This document shows positions 52,524-53,947 of a stretch of DNA of 53,947 bases, piece by piece. The first letter of the stretch is position 1. Each line of letters starts with the position of its first letter. The DNA comes from an uncultured Bacilli bacterium (lineage in GTDB: Bacteria > Bacillota_I > Bacilli_A > RF39 > UBA660): positions 1 to 53,947 of the forward strand of contig CANRCN010000002.1 in the NCBI GenBank assembly GCA_947629135.1, in the 5' to 3' direction. Below the pieces are notes generated by a model, which did no database searches, was not told where the DNA came from, and saw only the letters and a program-made list of their open reading frames with translations. The position numbers were made by a program, and so were the translations under genes.

Positions 52524-53363
52524 ATGAAAAAACAATATTTAATTTATGCAGATGAATCATATAGAAAAGGAAAATATTTTAGTAATTTTTATGGAGGTGC
52601 ATTAGTTAATTATACTGAACTAGAAAAGATAAGCAATAAACTTAATACAAAAAAAGAAGAATTAGGATTATTTCAAGAAGTTAAATGGACAAAAGTTACT
52701 GAACAATATTTAGATAAATATTTAGGTTTAATTGATTATTTTTTCGAATTTGTTAAATCTAATAAGATAAAAATAAGAATAATGTTTAGACAAAATGCAT
52801 TGGTACCTCAAAACTTAACAAGAGAACATGAAGAAAAAGAATATTTTCTTTTATACTATCAATTTATTAAACATGCCTTTGGAATAGACTATTGTAATCC
52901 AAGCGAAAAAGACCAAGTAATATTAAAATTATATTTTGATAAATTGCCTGATACTAAAAAGAAAAATAAAGAATTTAAAGGTTACATTTATGCACTTAAT
53001 GATTTTTTTTGCATTAATAATGTCCATATTTATAAAGAAGATATAGCTGAAGTAGATTCTAAAAATCATGTAATATTACAATATATGGATATTATATTAG
53101 GAGCAATGAATTTTAAATTAAATAATATGAATAAAGAAAAAATACCAAATAGCAATAAACGTGGCAAAAGAACTATTGCTAAAGAAAAATTATATAAAAA
53201 TATATTAAAAAATATAAAAACTATATATCCTAATTTTAATATTGGAGTTTCAACTAGTAGTCGTGGTGACTTTACTAATAATTGGAAAGATTCTTATAGA
53301 CATTGGTGCTTTAAATCAAAAAATAGTATTTTTGATTCAACATTAACTAAAAAATCAAAATAA
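52524..53363 (+). CDS. DUF3800-family protein
   Basis: The N-terminus is YLIYADESYRKGKYFSNFYGGALV (iy.DES motif), followed by QEVKWTKV (E.KW.K). The gene has an AAAGGTGA RBS. Confidence 0.6.
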   Translation: MKKQYLIYADESYRKGKYFSNFYGGALVNYTELEKISNKLNTKKEELGLFQEVKWTKVTEQYLDKYLGLIDYFFEFVKSNKIKIRIMFRQNALVPQNLTREHEEKEYFLLYYQFIKHAFGIDYCNPSEKDQVILKLYFDKLPDTKKKNKEFKGYIYALNDFFCINNVHIYKEDIAEVDSKNHVILQYMDIILGAMNFKLNNMNKEKIPNSNKRGKRTIAKEKLYKNILKNIKTIYPNFNIGVSTSSRGDFTNNWKDSYRHWCFKSKNSIFDSTLTKKSK

Positions 53364-53800
53364 AAAACTCCATTCTTCCTACATAAATCTTTCACGTACT
53401 AAACGTAAAGCTTCGGATTGAACAGAGTTCTTATACGACAATAATACCATTTTTTATAGTAATTGTCAATATTAGTGTATGTAATTAGTATTTTTTTATT
53501 GTATTTTATTTAGAAATAAACTAAAAAATTCAATTAAATACGTTTGAAGCGATAACTTTACTTATATTTAAAAAATTATACTCTCAAAATTGATTAAATT
53601 AACTATATTAATAGTATGTTTTTAATATTTATTCAAGTGTTAATGTAGAAAAAAGTATAAATATGTTTATTTCAAATTATGCTATTGATAATAAAATAGG
53701 TGAAAACTAGAAAATTAAAAAAATTTTATTTATACTAAAATAACTACTATCCTAAGTATTTTGACACAAGCATCAAAATAACCTTGGGGAAATTTAATTA

Positions 53801-53827
53801 CAAAAAAATCAACCCAAATGGATTGAT
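53801..53827 (-). terminator. Candidate minus-strand terminator hairpin
   Basis: On the minus strand, ATCAATCC ATTT GGGTTGAT (one mismatch) is followed by T7. No ORF lies upstream of it within the window. Confidence 0.35.
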
Positions 53828-53947
53828 TATATGTTAAGTTCAAACTATAAAAGTTCGAACTATTCGTCAATGGAGCCCTAAAGGAAGAAGTACGACAACT
53901 TTTGGAGCTAGATAATAGTTAGTAATACATTAACTAATATAAGTATA

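Noticed and set aside
53364-53460. Resemblance of the hairpin-rich sequence after the DUF3800 gene to a riboswitch or to group II intron domain V
   Set aside because: I could not match it to the purine or preQ1 riboswitch consensus or to the domain V consensus on either strand. It is kept only as an unexplained structured region.
1-53947. Possible Mollicutes-type genetic code (TGA = Trp), considered because of the extreme AT-richness
   Set aside because: Long conserved genes read through cleanly under the standard code. Trp is always TGG in conserved positions (for example the FSDPWP motif of TrmB). TGA also acts as a stop, for example at the scpA end (25826-25828).
1-53947. CRISPR arrays, rRNA genes, prophage, or integrase/IS elements
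   Set aside because: I saw no regularly spaced direct repeats, no rRNA-like conserved stretches, and no integrase, recombinase or DDE transposase ORF. The only mobile-element-like gene is the Rpn-like ORF at 30124-30942.

Overview
This is a very AT-rich chromosomal segment that uses the standard genetic code (Trp is TGG; TGA, TAA and TAG all act as stops). It comes from a low-GC, endospore-forming Firmicute, judging by cse60-like, gpr, spoVIF-like and ylbJ/ylbL-like genes. Most of the window is core genome: the tuf 3' end, an M23 peptidase, trmB, a DUF948/YtxH pair, tspO, a Y-family polymerase, murG-murB-divIB, scpA-scpB, tRNA-Gln(CUG), yidD, rpsT, gpr, der, a DagK-type lipid kinase and a Big_2 surface protein. 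Five things stand out. (1) A paralogous family of giant modular, Cys-containing surface proteins (17143-20064 and 36699-40598) has a smaller relative (14592-15860) and a decayed third copy (29929-30050). The copies share a near-identical promoter and leader block and lie next to cell-wall enzymes. I could not assign the repeated roughly 325-aa module to a characterised family, so this is my best candidate for something undescribed. (2) An 8-kb restriction-modification island (45.6-53.4 kb) holds an M.HhaI-like MTase with a PD-ExK nuclease and an M.HpaII-like MTase with an HpaII-family nuclease. The two systems bracket a proline T-box-controlled ProRS that lacks the INS editing domain, and the island also carries a DUF3800 gene and a possible HopA1-like gene. 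(3) An 806-aa protein consists of a degenerate AAA+ module fused to a complete ClpX-like module with no zinc finger. (4) An iPGM-like ORF has lost its catalytic residues, and it sits next to a DUF1538 membrane protein with a tandem-PII partner. (5) A recent tandem duplication of about 110 bp at the divIB/scpA junction creates a chimeric mini-ORF. I saw no CRISPR array, rRNA, integrase or intact IS element. All family assignments come from motif reading and memory, not from searches.
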